Source: Octopus vulgaris (taxonomy: Eukaryota). From it: a stretch of 64,000 nt of DNA. Positions 41,381 through 58,564 of the stretch are shown here, in pieces. Position 1 is the stretch's first letter. Every line of letters starts with the position of its first letter. A model generated the notes under the pieces. The model was not told where the DNA came from and made no database searches. It saw only the letters and a program-made list of their open reading frames with translations. The translations under genes and the position numbers were made by a program. The DNA is taken from assembly GCA_951406725.2 (NCBI GenBank), contig OX597840.1:35898001-35962000 (forward strand), given 5' to 3'.

Positions 41381-42208
41381 AAATCATAGTCTGAGAATTA
41401 AGTGAAGCCAAGACACTTTTGCAATGATCACGGAGTTCAGTTACCTGAACAACTGGACACACACGTTGAAAACTAATGGAGGATCCACCCTTATCTTCTT
41501 CACCGTATCCGAAATTTTCGCTGAAACAAATTTCTCCGAACTGACAACAATAATGCGTATTATAACAGCATTTTAAAATTTTTTAACGAAACAGCTATAA
41601 CCCCCCAAAAAAATTAATGATAAAATGTTTTTGAAAAGCATTGAAGAAGCAATTCTTTATTCAACGTCAAGCATTTCTAAATGGAATATGATGAGGTCAT
41701 TTCAAATGGAATTTCTAACAGTGAATTTTCCTCCGGCAAAAATGTTTACGGTGAAATTTCCAATAACCTATCTTGTTGATCTTTTATATGTAAAAAGACT
41801 GAATGATCACAGTTGGATTGCTTTTAATTATGGATCAGGTGAATCGGGAATGTCCTCCGGCGAAACAACAGAAAGAACGACAACAGTTAAAGGCAATGTA
41901 AAGCATTTCTTCGGTCGAGTTTCCCTTTTCTTTCCTTCTTTTCTTTCTATTTCAGACGCTGCTATGATGAAAATATGAAGATATAGTCGCAGCAATGAGA
42001 TTGTGCTTAGAGGAAATTTATTTTGCAACTACGAGAATTCCGGTTCAGTCCCATTGCATGGCAAACTTGGGCAAGGGACTTCTACGATAGCCACGGTCCG
42101 ACCACTGCTTGGTGAAGAATTATGGTAGACGGAAACTTCGAGAACGCCTGTTGCACGTACACACACACACACACACACACATAATGACTGAAACAAATAA
42201 AACATAAA

Positions 42209-42257
<49 letters not shown>

Positions 42258-42304
42258 CGTGTGTATTAGCAAAGTAGCATCTTAAGAAAATCTCTATTAA
42301 TGAT

Positions 42305-42510
42305 ATTTTCTACTCTAGGCACAAGGCACGAAATTTGGGGTGGGGGCAGTCGATTAGATTGACTCCCAGTACGCAACTGGTACGGAATTCATCGACCCCG
42401 AAAGGATAAAAGGCAAAGTCGACCTCGGTGGAATTTGAACGCAGAACGTAAAGACAGACGAAATACTGCGAAGCATTCAGCCCGGCTTGTTAACATTTCT
42501 GCTACCTCGT
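42305..42510 (-). mobile_element. SINE family B
   Basis: Reverse complement of the family B consensus. Confidence 0.8.
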
Positions 42511-43299
42511 ATATATAATTATGTATCTATCTATCTATATATAGAGAGAGATATATAGATATATATACACATACATATATATATGTATATATATATATAT
42601 ACGTAACTGTATATATATGTAAATATATATATATATATATGTATATATGCATGTATATATATATAATTACGTATGTATATATATATATATAGAGAGAGAG
42701 AGATATGTATATGCACATGTGTATGTTAACATGTATATATAAGTATATACCTGTAAGTTCATAGCTACATGCCCATACATATGTATGTGTAAATATATAT
42801 GTGTGTGTGTGTGCGTGTGTGTGCGCGTGTATGTATGTATGTAGGCATAAGTATTTGTGCGTGAATATATATAAATAAATGAATGTGTATATATTATATG
42901 CATATACATGCAAATGCGTAAAGGTATGCATATATATATATAGACTTACATATATATGTGTGTGTGTGTGTGTGTGCGTATTTACGTGTGTGTGTATGAG
43001 TTTTCGAAGTAAACCTGTAAGATGGAAGGCTGCTAATGTCGCTCCTTTTATCTTTAATATAATTCTATTCTTGCTAAAATTAATTTAGTTTCCATAATTT
43101 ATCTAACTTTGAGAAGAAAGTAAGTTTTGCACGCAAATATCGTACAACACATATGATATGTACGCAACGTTTCTATGGCTTGGCGGTTGGGTCAATAGCG
43201 AAACGTCTCTAAGTCACTCAGTTCTGTATTTCACCGTTCTCTTGAGCCCTACATCGCACAGGGTCCAAGTGAACCTATGATCAAACAGCACTGGTCGTG

Positions 43300-43535
43300 G
43301 CTTAATAGCTGGCAGAAACGTTAGCACGCCGGGCGAAATGCGTATCCGTATTTCGTCTGCCGTTACGTTCTGATTTCAAATTCCGCCGAGGTCGACTTTG
43401 CCTCCTCATCCTTTCGGGGTCGATTAAATAAGTCCCAGTTACGCACTGGGGTCGATATAATCGACTTAATCCCTTTGTCTGTCCTTGTTTGTCCTCTCTG
43501 TGTTTAGCCCCTTGTGGGTAGTAAAGAAATAGGTT
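43300..43535 (+). mobile_element. SINE family B
   Basis: Near-consensus copy. Confidence 0.9.
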
Positions 43536-43782
43536 TTCTTTTTGCCTACCGATATGTATAATATTTCTTTCCTCTTTGCTTTGACCTTTCAGCTGTTTCT
43601 GTCGTTGGACTGCGGCCATGGATTTCGCTGAAAAAATCGCCCCCAGTAACTTTCCAAAACTTGGTATTTATTTTATCGGTCGCTTTTGCTGAACCACCTA
43701 GTTACGGGGACATTAAACAAACCAACACTGGTTGTCAAACGCTGATGAGGGAGAAACACAATCTCAAAGCCATGCAAACATG

Positions 43783-43825
<43 letters not shown>

Positions 43826-44594
43826 GCATATGTAGTAAGGTTAGTCAAGTGATCGTGGTAAAACGATTAGTCTTTAGCGTAAAGAATTCTTTTATAGAAA
43901 ATACAAATTACCCGATAATTGATGATTGATCAATAAATCAATGTACCGGATACGCTTCGCCCCGTATTGAGATTAGACAGACTTGACAGTCATGTAAAAA
44001 CTCCGACATGATGGCAAATGATATACAATTCATATTCGATAATATCAAATGCTGGTTATAATGCGAAAGTCACATCTGTAAATAACAAGCAGGAAAGTAG
44101 AGGAGCATTACATCGGTTTCAAACGATGCACCGGATGCCTATTACGTAATATTGGTTCCAAACTTTGGCAAAAGGCCATCAAGTTTGAGGAAGGGTTAAG
44201 TCGATTACATATCAACCCAGTATTCCACTGGTACTTTTTTATCGACTCCGAAAGCATGAAAAGCAAAGCCAACTTTGGCAGAATTTGAACAAAGAACGTG
44301 AAGACTGACAAAATGCGACTATGCATTTTTCCCGGCGTGATAAACTATTCAGCCGTGTCGCCGCTTTCTTATTACGTAATATTACGAATTTTTCTGGTGT
44401 GTTTTGTCATCAGTTACAAGCGGTCATTCAATCAAAAATTATTTGTCCTAATGAATAATGCAAAAAAAAACAACGAATGGCTGAATGTACCTGATGTAGA
44501 AGGACATCGGTTAATGTTATGCAACAGGCACTCAGTGCTTTTTGAAACAGCTGTAGTGCTCGTCAACTTCCATTCCTTCTTATAGATTTGATCA

Positions 44595-44688
44595 GATAGA
44601 TAGATTGAGAGAGAGAGAGGTAAGTAGGTTGGTAGGTAGGTAGGTAGGTAGGTAGGTAGGTAGGTAGGTAGGTTGTTAGGTAGGTAGG

Positions 44689-44759
<71 letters not shown>

Positions 44760-44877
44760 GCAGGTAGGTAGGTAGGTAGGTAGGTAGGTAGGTAGGTAGG
44801 TAGGTAGGTAGGTAGGTAGGTAGGTAGGTCGATCGATAGATACATACATACATATAGAAAGATAGATAGATACATAC

Positions 44878-44938
<61 letters not shown>
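44595..44938. repeat. (TAGA)n/(TAGG)n microsatellite
   Basis: Directly visible. Confidence 0.95.
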
Positions 44939-44941
<3 letters not shown>

Positions 44942-45355
44942 TCTACAATATTATACGCTAGCTTCAGATTAAGATGTAGCTTTCCCAAGGTTTATTCGCC
45001 ATTTCTTCGAGTAATTCCTAAAACCGCAATAATAATTGGCAGGATCTTAACCCCGTTAACTAAGTTACTCCAGCATTTAAGAATTTTATACTCCAAATCG
45101 CTAGAATAATGTTTTGTTTTTTACCTTCCACTGACGTTGATATTGAATAAGCCTGTCATGTCAATTACAAGACGTTTTTCTTTATATCCGCAGCCATAAC
45201 ATCCTACCTTTTTTGGCTCTGTCCGCTTTTCTCTTTTCATTACAACGTTCTGTATCAACTTCGTTTCAACCTATATCAATAGGTTTTAATTCTATTCCTA
45301 TAAAATATTCACAACTCTTTTCTGGTCATATAAAGCTGAACGTTCTTGGAAAACA

Positions 45356-46014
<659 letters not shown>

Positions 46015-46289
46015 GCTGCTATTTTATCATTTCCAATTTCGCGCCCATTTTCAGCTAACTGAATGAGCATCCTGATATATATATATATACACACACACAC
46101 ATTCGCCATGATAGATCGAGAGCCTCTGAACCTTTTTCTATTTCCTCTCCCTGTTTATTTCTGTGTTCCTTTCTGTCGAAGAGCGTAGGCTCGAAACGTA
46201 AAAGACTTTCTTACTTCCCGATCGTTAAACTAAGATATCTGCTTGTTGTTTATACACCCGTCTTCCTCTTTTGCATTTGTAAATCCTCA

Positions 46290-46401
<112 letters not shown>

Positions 46402-46416
46402 ATGTATATATATATA

Positions 46417-46806
46417 GGTGCAGGAGTGGTTGTGTGTTAAGTAGCTTGCTAACCAGCCACATGGTTGCGTGGCATCTTGGGCAAGTGTCTTCTGCTATAG
46501 CCCCGGACCGACCAATGCCTTGTGAGTGGATTTGGTAGACGGAAACTGAAAGAAGCCTGTCGTATATATGTATGTATATATATGTATGTGTGTGTGTTTG
46601 TGTGTCTGTGTTTGTCCCCCGAGCATTGCTTGACAACCGATGCTGGTGTGTTTACGTCCCCGTCACTTAGCGGCTCGGCAAAAGAGACCGATAGAAAAAG
46701 TACTGGGCTTTCAACGAGTAAGTCCCGGGGTCGATTTGCTCGACTAAAGGCGGTGCTCTAGCATGGCCGCAGTCAAATGACTGAAACAAGTAAAAGAGAA
46801 AAGAGA
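46417..46806 (+). mobile_element. SINE family A with the B-box deleted
   Basis: Family A sequence lacking CCGGGTTCAGTCCCACT. Confidence 0.85.
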
Positions 46807-46811
46807 ATATG

Positions 46812-46853
<42 letters not shown>

Positions 46854-46913
46854 TATTATGTATATATATATATATATATATATATAAATATATATATACA
46901 TATAAGTATTATG

Positions 46914-46946
<33 letters not shown>

Positions 46947-47525
46947 TATGTATGTATGTATGTATGTATGTATGTATGTATGTGTGTATGTATGTATGCC
47001 TAGTTTGGGAAGAAGAGTGAAGCGAAAGTAACCGAATTTACCATTCACATTTTTATTCTATTTGCCGAAGCAAACGTCGCCAATTATTAATATACAGATC
47101 GCCTGCACGAACGCTCCAATCTACAAAACGATGTCTTTACATAAAAGTGCTTCTCGCTTTTTTTCGTTTCGCCTTGACTATAGTTGTTTGTTTTTTTTAC
47201 ATTTAACCTTACCTAGCGATAAATATATGCAAATAGTATCACTGTCAGAACACCAAACTTAACTGCCATTATGCAGTCGTATGAAAAAGTAGACGCGTGC
47301 GTTTCGTTTCGTTTGGTTTCGTTTGACTTGATTTGCTTGTGTTTGCTTTGAGTTCGTATTTGCTTTCTTGTTTCGTGTTTCGTTATTTGTATATTTGTGG
47401 CTTTGTTGGTTCTTTGTTTTACACGAAATTACCGCTAACAAGGAGTCGAGTCTATTACGTCGAACTTCCTAGAGTTTGCGTGTCGTGTGTGTGAGAGAGA
47501 GTTCGAATGTAGATGTATGCATATA

Positions 47526-47598
<73 letters not shown>

Positions 47599-47647
47599 GT
47601 ATATATATATATATATATATATAAAGGTGTGTGTGTGAATGTGTGTT

Positions 47648-47693
<46 letters not shown>

Positions 47694-48053
47694 TAGGTAC
47701 ATAAATACATACATACATACATACATATATACATACTTGGATACAAATACGTACACGCAAGGGTATATATTTGAGCTTGTAAATATTATAAGGTATATAT
47801 ATACATTCATACACACACACACATATATACATATAAACATATATATATATATATAAATATATATATACATAATAGTCGAATATGTAATGAGATACGTTAC
47901 TAAGCAGCATAATATATATATGTATATATATAAGTCTGTATGGGTTTAGATATGTACGCGTGTGTAAATATTCTGACAATGTATAGATGAAGAGCCAAAT
48001 ATGCGCCAGTGCACAATGATTAAATTCTGTGAAACGTTGCATTATACTTAGCT

Positions 48054-48090
<37 letters not shown>

Positions 48091-48513
48091 AATGGGAGAG
48101 AGAGAGGGGAGAGGGAGAGGGAAAGAGGAAGAAGAGAGAGAGGAAGCGGGTATGTGTAATGTAGTGGTTGTATATAATATGATTTTGTCTTTGTAGATAT
48201 AATTTTTAAATATCAAGATGTTATCGTACCTATATTTCACGACGACGGAGAACATTCATTAAAACATATATTTATGTTGGAGAGAAATGAATATATAATG
48301 AAAACGTGTATGTGTGTGTGTGTGAGGGAGAGGAAGAGGATGTGAGAAAGGGGAGAGAGTGAAGGAGAGATGGAGGGAGCGAAGAGGAAGCATAAAGAGG
48401 TCAGAGAGATATTTCTGATATCACACGAGCGTTGCATCGATGATACCGTTAGATACATAAAGCGGGAGCATTGCGTCTTAATCGTATACAAAAGAATAGA
48501 TAGATAGATAGAT

Positions 48514-48582
<69 letters not shown>

Positions 48583-48968
48583 TATACATGTTTATATATA
48601 TAATGCATTTATACATATAAGTCATAAATATGTAAATATATTTATGTACATATATATAAGCATATTTGTGTGTATATATAAACATATATATATATACATA
48701 TATAAACATATATATATATATACATATACATACATGTATATATATATACATATATATATACACATATGTGCATACATCTACATACGTCAGTACATATACA
48801 TATGTACGTTTGTATACACATACCTCACATACATATGCATCATTTGTATGAATACAGATATATGTATATAAATACACACAGATATACACTCACAGATTTA
48901 TAAATATATAATGCATCTCTGTACATATGTAGGTATATATGCATGTATGTGTGTACTTATACATATTA

Positions 48969-49016
<48 letters not shown>

Positions 49017-49037
49017 CATGACTATATATCAATATGC

Positions 49038-49082
<45 letters not shown>

Positions 49083-49474
49083 TATAGATATAGTATATAA
49101 CATATTAATATACGTACATGAATTTTCCCATATGCATGTATGTATATGAATATATTTTGTTTCATCTACATATTTATAAAGCATTATTGAATATTCCGAG
49201 TCCGTATAGTGATGCAATCAGCAATATCGAGATAAGAGGGCAGGAATTATAATGCTGCGCGAGGAAGATAGATGCTTAGCTCGAGATGCGAAGATAGAGG
49301 GTTCATAAACAAAGATGGCGGACTGAGATTCGCGAACATCATACGCGCAGCATTGCTAACAGGAAACCTTTGGACATATATATACATATTCGGGTAAGCA
49401 TACACGGAAATATTCATAGCGTAATTGCAATTCGGTCCAACATGTATAAATATATACACCTGTATATATATATA

Positions 49475-49548
<74 letters not shown>

Positions 49549-49816
49549 ATATATATATATATGTTGATACGCTGTATGATATACTAAGATGAAGCCCATG
49601 AAACTGACACTTGTGTAATTATATGTGCATACATATTTATATCAACGTTTTGCGTATGTTGCATATAAATATATATACATATGCATATGCGTGTGTGTAT
49701 ATGTGTGTAATATATATATATATATGCAAGTTAATATCTGCATACACGTACATTAGTATATGTATATATTTTTTTCTAGTTTCAGCTCAGAGCTGCGGCC
49801 ATGCTAATGCACCGCC

Positions 49817-49877
<61 letters not shown>

Positions 49878-49885
<8 letters not shown>

Positions 49886-50233
49886 TGATGGAATAAAATC
49901 CAAACTTACAAGGAAAAAGAATTCAATTTAGAAATACTAAATGAAATTCCACACAGTATAATATATATATAAAATATTTAAAAATATTTTTAACCTGATG
50001 AGCGACTATATTTATATGGAAGTGATTTCTCTACTACTATCATCATTTCTTAAATATAGCAGCGAAACACGTGTTGTTTTTCTACCTATTATATACATTA
50101 TATTATTTTTGTAATTTACTTAATCTTTACTTTTTAATTGTTATTTTGATTTTAACTTTTCTATTATATGTAATTTTCTAGTGTAATTTAATTATTCATT
50201 TTGAATCGATAAAAGGTGATTTTTTTCTAATTT

Positions 50234-50235
<2 letters not shown>
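49878..50235 (+). mobile_element. PLE-terminus-like element in (TA)n with a long-stem-II hammerhead
   Basis: CTGATGA (49995-50001)-GCGACTATATTTA...TAAATATAGCAGC-GAAAC-ACGT-GTT (to 50075). Palindromic AACACGTGTT; (TA)n on both sides. Confidence 0.65.
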
Positions 50236-50283
<48 letters not shown>

Positions 50284-50399
50284 TGTGTGTGTGTGTGTGT
50301 GTGTATGTATTCTTTTATTCTTTTACTTGTTTCAGTCACTTGACTGCGGCCATGCTGCAGCATTGCCTTTAGTCGAATGAATCGACCCTTTGTAAGCCT

Positions 50400-50836
50400 A
50401 CCTCTCATTATTAGATCTTCTATTTCATTTTCTGGGGCTCTCTCAACCTTTCTGTTCTAATTAGAAATTGTTCTAAAAATTACTGGTTTTTCTTTCCTCG
50501 TTATTTTTCTCTTCTTCTGACATCACTAGTTTTATGTTCGTTCCTTTTAGTTTCGCCATTTTGCTGTACTTCCTCAACGTGTCCATATCACATTCCATAT
50601 TCACTTGCTCAATCTTGCCTGTGTTCTCAGCTTCCCGCGCTTTGGCGATCTCTGCATATGTCTTCATTTCTTCAGCTTCCCTTGCACCGCCCAACATGAC
50701 GGTCTCAGTTCTCAAAAATAAACTCATAAAGGATATGACAATCACCGGTCTTCGATGCGAAGGGGTCCCAATTCAAATACATATATCCTTTTACCAGTGA
50801 CGAAAAGTCACTGATCTCGAAAAAGTGTAAACAAGC
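50400..50836 (-). mobile_element. 5' fragment of a LINE ORF1 possibly related to the 23726 ORF
   Basis: MKTYAEIAK...EERK then, after a frameshift, VIFRTISN*NRKVERAPENEIEDLI. This resembles DDRTVVLRTYSKALDTIALFEKTAIEEEL of the 23726 ORF. Confidence 0.45.
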
Positions 50837-51171
50837 AATAATAACTCTCTGAATGAGGTATAAACAGTAGCTGCACGACAATGTGAAGTATATTTGTCAC
50901 TTAAATGTGGCTAACCTCTAAGGGTGGATGCTACTGTAGCTTGTAGTCCCAGGAGCGTGCGTATCACGTGAGGTCGACGATGGGGAGGATGGCTTCCCTT
51001 TGCAAATACTGATAGGGCACAGAAGATGTGTCAATAGCCATCTGGAGAAGATGTTCTCCTGGGGCTACAAGCTACAGTAGCATCCACCCTTACTGGTTAG
51101 CCACATTTAGGTACCAAGTATATTTCATATTGTCTTGCAGCTACTGTTTGTACCTCGTTCAGAGATTTATT

Positions 51172-51176
<5 letters not shown>
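50837..51176. repeat. ~120-bp inverted repeat with a 100-bp spacer (fold-back insertion)
   Basis: Arms 50837-50955 and 51056-51176. Confidence 0.9.
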
Positions 51177-51203
<27 letters not shown>

Positions 51204-51209
51204 TATATA

Positions 51210-51600
51210 TAAATTTTGTTTTCGAAAAAAAAATTTATCAATGGCCAGCATATTAAAAAATACCTCTAAAGGTTAAATTTATAAACAACTTATAAATAAG
51301 GGCAAACGAAAAAATTTCTAATGCCAAATATGCCGAAATTAGACACCTTGTTCATAACCATATAATTTTTCACAATACGCACGCTACTCAAAAGAGGTCG
51401 ACATAAATTTCTTAAAAATTCCATTATTACCATATCGGACCGATTTCAGCGTTGGTTCATAAGAACCCTCCCTTCGTCAGTGATAAATGTGGCAAAGAAA
51501 TAAATGCGATACTTACTCATACCCATAGAAGAAGCAAACACTAAGTCATGAGCACAATTAAGTACCCCAAATACATCCCAAATAGAAATTCTCCAGCCCA
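51210..51600 (-). mobile_element. PLE-terminus-like fragment between (TA)n tracts with a degenerate hammerhead
   Basis: Minus strand CTGACGA-AGGGAGGGTTC-TTAT-GAACCAACGCT-GAAA-TCG-GTC (51438-51480). Confidence 0.55.
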
Positions 51601-51655
51601 TATATATATATATATATATATATTTACTATGAAGCATTGTGCAGAATATATTGCA

Positions 51656-52918
<1,263 letters not shown>

Positions 52919-53289
52919 ATATGCTAAAGTATTTTAGCAACATTACACACAGTACTTAGTATACAATAGGAAAACACAAAATACTGCACCGCCCTGAATC
53001 ATACAGAGCTGCACTCAATTGTGCAGTGAATGCACACCATACATATATGACTACAGGAATAAAAATAGTTTTCAAAGAATTATTTTGGAGTGTAGTTGTA
53101 ATTAGTGAATAGATAAAAATATTTCTCTCACCGAAAGTCATTAAGAGTTGAGTGAAAAATATAATTTTATTCCATATCACAGTTGGTTATTAAAATACAT
53201 TTGCTAATTGCTTCATTTCTATCCACAAAGAATACAAGAAACAATCTCACCATCTTTGGAATATGCCTGGCAGTATTTTTCTTCTAAAA

Positions 53290-53522
53290 GGCGGCGAGCT
53301 GGCAGTAACGTTAGCACGCCGGGCGAGATGCTCAGCGGTATTTCGTCTGCCGTTACGTTCTGAGTTCAAATTCCGCCGAGGTCGACTTTGCCTTTCATTC
53401 TTTCGGGGTCAATCAAATAAGTACCAGTTACGCACTGGGGTCGATATAATCGACTTAATTCGTTTGTCTCTCCTTGTTTGTCCCCTCTGTGTTTAGCCCC
53501 TTGTGGGTAGTAAAGAAATAAG
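53290..53522 (+). mobile_element. SINE family B
   Basis: Near-consensus copy. Confidence 0.9.
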
Positions 53523-53899
53523 TTGTTTTTTTTTCTAACTCAATCCTTTTGGGGGCCAACCTGCCTGAGACCACCCTTCGTTCCTATATCAAACTGACTT
53601 AAATTAAAACCGTCCAACAAGATTTCCTGTTTTGTCTTTTAGTCTTTTACTTGTTTCAAGCATTAGAGCACGGTCATGCTGGAGCATCGCCTTGAGGGAA
53701 TTCAGTCGAATGACTAAAATTAGTTTTCCTTAAGTCTGGAACTTTCTCTGCTAGTCACAGCAGAGAGAGTTTCTGCATCTGCTATTCAGGATAGTCCTGG
53801 ATTTATGGAATCCTTTTGTTGACCGCTAGGTGGCACTCCGTAACTGAGATGTTTCATTTCCTACTCATTATTTTCCAGTCCTCATTATCATTCTTGTTA

Positions 53900-54374
<475 letters not shown>

Positions 54375-54671
54375 CATTATATGTTTGAATGTTGCTTTGT
54401 GTTTGTACAAGTTAGCTCCAAGTCTCACCCAGAGACCTCAAGAGACAAAAAAGTTGGAAGTTCATGTTGGTGTTATGCCTAGGGTGCCATATATTTGGTT
54501 TTGCATTTAGTGTTGTACTAGTGAATGCCTAAAGAACCATACGAAAATTATGTTTGTTTTAAAACTTGAGATTACATAGAAAGTATTTCGCGTAGGATAT
54601 GAGCAGTTCCTATGAACACAATCTTTTGAATTTCTGCCATTCTTGGGTTTCCTGGTTTCTGAGGTAGGTAG

Positions 54672-54672
<1 letters not shown>
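54375..54672 (-). mobile_element. R4/Dong-type LINE 3' end inserted in (TAA)n
   Basis: Minus strand PGNPRMAEIQKIVFIGTAHILREILSM* plus 3' UTR; (ATT)n on both sides. Confidence 0.75.
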
Positions 54673-54726
<54 letters not shown>

Positions 54727-54729
54727 CAA

Positions 54730-54772
<43 letters not shown>

Positions 54773-55449
54773 GTTGTTGTTGTTGTTGTTATTATTACTA
54801 ATTCCACAAATGATTCTTTGTGAAGTGCCACCATTTTCATAATTTGTCCAGGTAATGTCTCTTCCTTGTCCGACGTCTCTCTCCCTCCCTCTCTCTCCCC
54901 CTTTCTCTCTCTTCCTCTTTCATTTTCTCTTTGGAAAATAATAAAAGAAATCATAATTATTTCTCTTGTTTTTGTTCCTCTAACGTTTCCTGGTCGTAGT
55001 CATAGTGACTTCCACAATCAGCTTCCATTAGTTGCGACTAATTAACTGGCGCTGATGAAGTTTCTCTCATTTTCTCATCTAAATTTTCTCTTATCTTTTC
55101 TTTTTCCTTTTTATTAATGTAGTTTCCTATCTAAAGACAATAAATTAATTGCTATCCTACAAGCCTCTGGCGAGTTCAATACATTGGCGACACGTCATTG
55201 GCCTGGTTCTAGGATACATGTATTGCCCTTCACCTACTCAAAGAAGCTCGTCTTTTAGATGCCCTAAAGATCCCTCATTAAACGCCGTTACGCCTTGTTG
55301 GTTAACATCCGGAGGTTCCAACGGAGAAGAGGTCTTCTGCCGGGTCCTCACTGTCACAGAATTACAACTATTACACGTGACAACGAGATAATATTTATGT
55401 CGAGATTATGCAGCTATTCTGATGAAGCGGATGCAAATACATAACAAAA

Positions 55450-55635
55450 ACACCAGGACTTACAAACACATATAACATACAGAAAATTGCACTACTGGGC
55501 ACTGCACACATCCTACGCAGAATACTTTCAATACAGTAACCATCAGAGCATCACAACAAATATCCAAGGCACACATCAAAGGCACACAAAGCTGCGCTCG
55601 GTGGTGAAGTGAAAGCACGTTATAAAAATAAAACA
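55450..55635 (+). mobile_element. R4/Dong-type LINE 3' end
   Basis: TPGLTNTYNIQKIALLGTAHILRRILSIQ* followed by 3' UTR and (GAA)n. Confidence 0.75.
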
Positions 55636-56089
55636 GAAGAAGAAGAAGGAGAAGAAGAAGAAGAAGAAGAAGAAGAAGAAGAAGAAGAAGAAGAAGAAAA
55701 AGAAGAAGAAGAAGAAGAAGAAGAAGAAGAAGAAGAAGAAGAAGAAGAAGAAGAAGAAGAAGAAGAAGAAGAAATGCCCTGATGCAGTACCAGGCAGTGG
55801 CTCTCATGGCTTCTGATCTTAACTGATTGGAAGTGTTATCATGTACATTGTTTTGTCTTGGTATAAAAGATGGCCTACAGCAAATATTCTGTTCAATACC
55901 ACAGATTTGCTTGTCAGTTGTTTGACCTTAACCAGTTGAGCATGTCCCTTAGTGGCTGACGATACGTGCATCTCTGATCCCGAACAGAAGTATCTGAGGA
56001 GCACCACAGCCATGTGTCTTTGGGGTTTGAATAATTGACCTTTGGAAACATTGGTGATTCGTTCAACATCCTTAAACAACCCTTATTCA

Positions 56090-56763
56090 GAAAGTGATAA
56101 ATACAGAATTTGTGGACAAAATGGTGAAACCGTATAGCATATATCCAGCCGATGTATGCCACTAGCCCAGAAAGAATATAAGAGACGTCATGACAATATA
56201 TCAAGGATTGACCATCGGACAGTTTGTAACAAGTATGGACTTGACAGGGCAAAAAAATTATACGACCATAAACCCGAAGGCATCATCGAAAATGATAATG
56301 CAAAGATTCTATGGGATTTTATAATTCAGTGTCACCATGAGATAGGGAATAGGAAGCCAGACATAGTCTTAATTGAGAAAGAAAGCAAACGATGCTGGAT
56401 CATAGATATAGCATGCCCAGCTGACAACAAGGTATGCGATAAGGAAAAAAGAAAAGTTGATAGATGACAGGTTAGCTTGGGAGGTTAAGCAGTTGTGGTC
56501 GATGAAAAAGATAGTAGTAATACCACTAATTGTCGGAGCCCTGGGAACAGTGAACAAAAATCTTGAGAAGTACGTGTAACAAATAGGGCCTGCAATAAGG
56601 GTGGAGCGCTTGCAGAAAACAGCATTGCTTGGAACCGGTCGAATACTCCAGAAGGTGCTCGAAAAATAAGAGGTGTTACCTTAGTTCACTGGTAGTTAAC
56701 AGCTGACACCGTAGCACGTGTGCAAAGACAATAAATAATAATAATAATAATAATAATAATAAT
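56090..56763 (+). mobile_element. R4/Dong-type LINE: decayed CCHC plus restriction-like endonuclease domain, (AAT)n tail
   Basis: RICGQNGETV*HISSRC..LAQKEYKRRHD...KILWDF...RKPDIVLI...IIDIACP...VIPLIVGALG...LQKTALLGT.RIL.KVL (PD..D motif), with stops and a frameshift. Confidence 0.9.
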
Positions 56764-56764
56764 T

Positions 56765-56965
56765 CTCTCTGTTATAGGTACAAGGCCAGATATTTGTGGG
56801 GATAGAATAATCGATTACATCGACCCTACTACTCAATTGATATTTATTTTATTGATCTGCGAAAGGAATTCGACCTCGGCGGAATTTGAACTCAGAACGT
56901 AATGATGAACGAAACATCACTAAATATTTTGTCCGGCGTGCCAATCGGTTCTGCCAACTCGCAGC
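56765..56965 (-). mobile_element. SINE family B, diverged
   Basis: Reverse complement of the family B core. Confidence 0.65.
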
Positions 56966-58123
56966 AGCCTTAATATTGCTGAATAATGAAATAATATTTT
57001 AGTCACCTTTTGTACCGATTCGTTTCTCGTTTCACCTTTTCTTTTTGATCTAGAGTAAAGAACTGTACCCATGGCCCAGGCAATCAGCCAGAACGGTCGA
57101 TAGCTTGTCATTTGGCAATGTTCCCTTTATATACTGATCTAATGACACAAAGCAAAACTTCTGGATGTTAACCTCCGAAGCGTAACTGCATTTAATGAGA
57201 GACCTTTAGAAACATCTAACAGATGAATCCAACGACACAGCATTCGATAGCGCTATCAAAGCTAATAACAATTTCGGTTAGGAACTAATTTTCTTGTCAT
57301 CAATACCAGTATTTAAATACTTTCAATACAAATAAGATAAAATAAGGATGAATTCACAAATTACATTTCTTTGTAATCCAGCGTGGTCTCTGTGTTTCTG
57401 GCCCTACGACCACTGAATTTAAAATAATATTCTAATTGCAAACCTCGAAGCAGTAAAGGTTATGGATCTGAATTAAGAATTCTACCAAATCACAAGATGT
57501 ACTCAGTAATTGTACATGCTTATAATTCAATATTTCCTTCGAAACTCTCAAAGAGTCTTCGCAGAATAAATTACCAAATGGTAACACACTTAAAATTGAC
57601 TCAATTCACAAAGGCCTATTTAAATCTCTAATTGAAAATTTAATTCAAAACCACTTAAATCTCTCAACGTTTGACACTGCATTATGTAACTTCTGAGTAA
57701 GGTGAAATTCCGAAATTTGTCGAATGGACACCATTATGAATTAGAAATGCTAATTTACTGCAGACCTGTGAGAAATGGATTGGCGATTAATTAACTCCGT
57801 TCACATTGCAACATTCTAAATGGGAAAAAGAATGGACGCTTGTGAATATCAAACTAATCAATACACTATTCACTGACTCAAAGAATTCTTCACCATTCTT
57901 GCAACAGACAGGCTTTTATGGTTATCAGCGTCACCACCACCTCTTTCCATATATATATATACATATACATATATATATACACATACATATGCATACATAT
58001 ACGCACACACATAATTACATATATATATATATGAATATATATATATATGTATGTATACGAATTAAAATCAGCTTTGATAATGTAAACATTATCGGTGTCT
58101 ATCTCTCTATCTATCTCTCTTTC

Positions 58124-58154
<31 letters not shown>

Positions 58155-58262
58155 TTATATATATATATGAATATTTTTGTATATATATATATATATGTAT
58201 GTATATATACATATATACACACATACATATATATGTACATATATATATATATATGCATACAT

Positions 58263-58307
<45 letters not shown>

Positions 58308-58564
58308 TACATATATATGAACATATATGTATATATATATATATATATATATAAATATATATATACACATACATATGCATATATATATATATGTAATGCA
58401 CATATATATATATATGAGTATATATTCGTTCATACATATATACATACATGTATATATGTGTGTGTATGTGCGTTTGTGCATGTGTGTGTATGTGTGTATG
58501 TCTGTGGGTACTGCACTATTAATATTGTAGCAACTAAAAATATTATAAACTCTATTAGAGCCAA

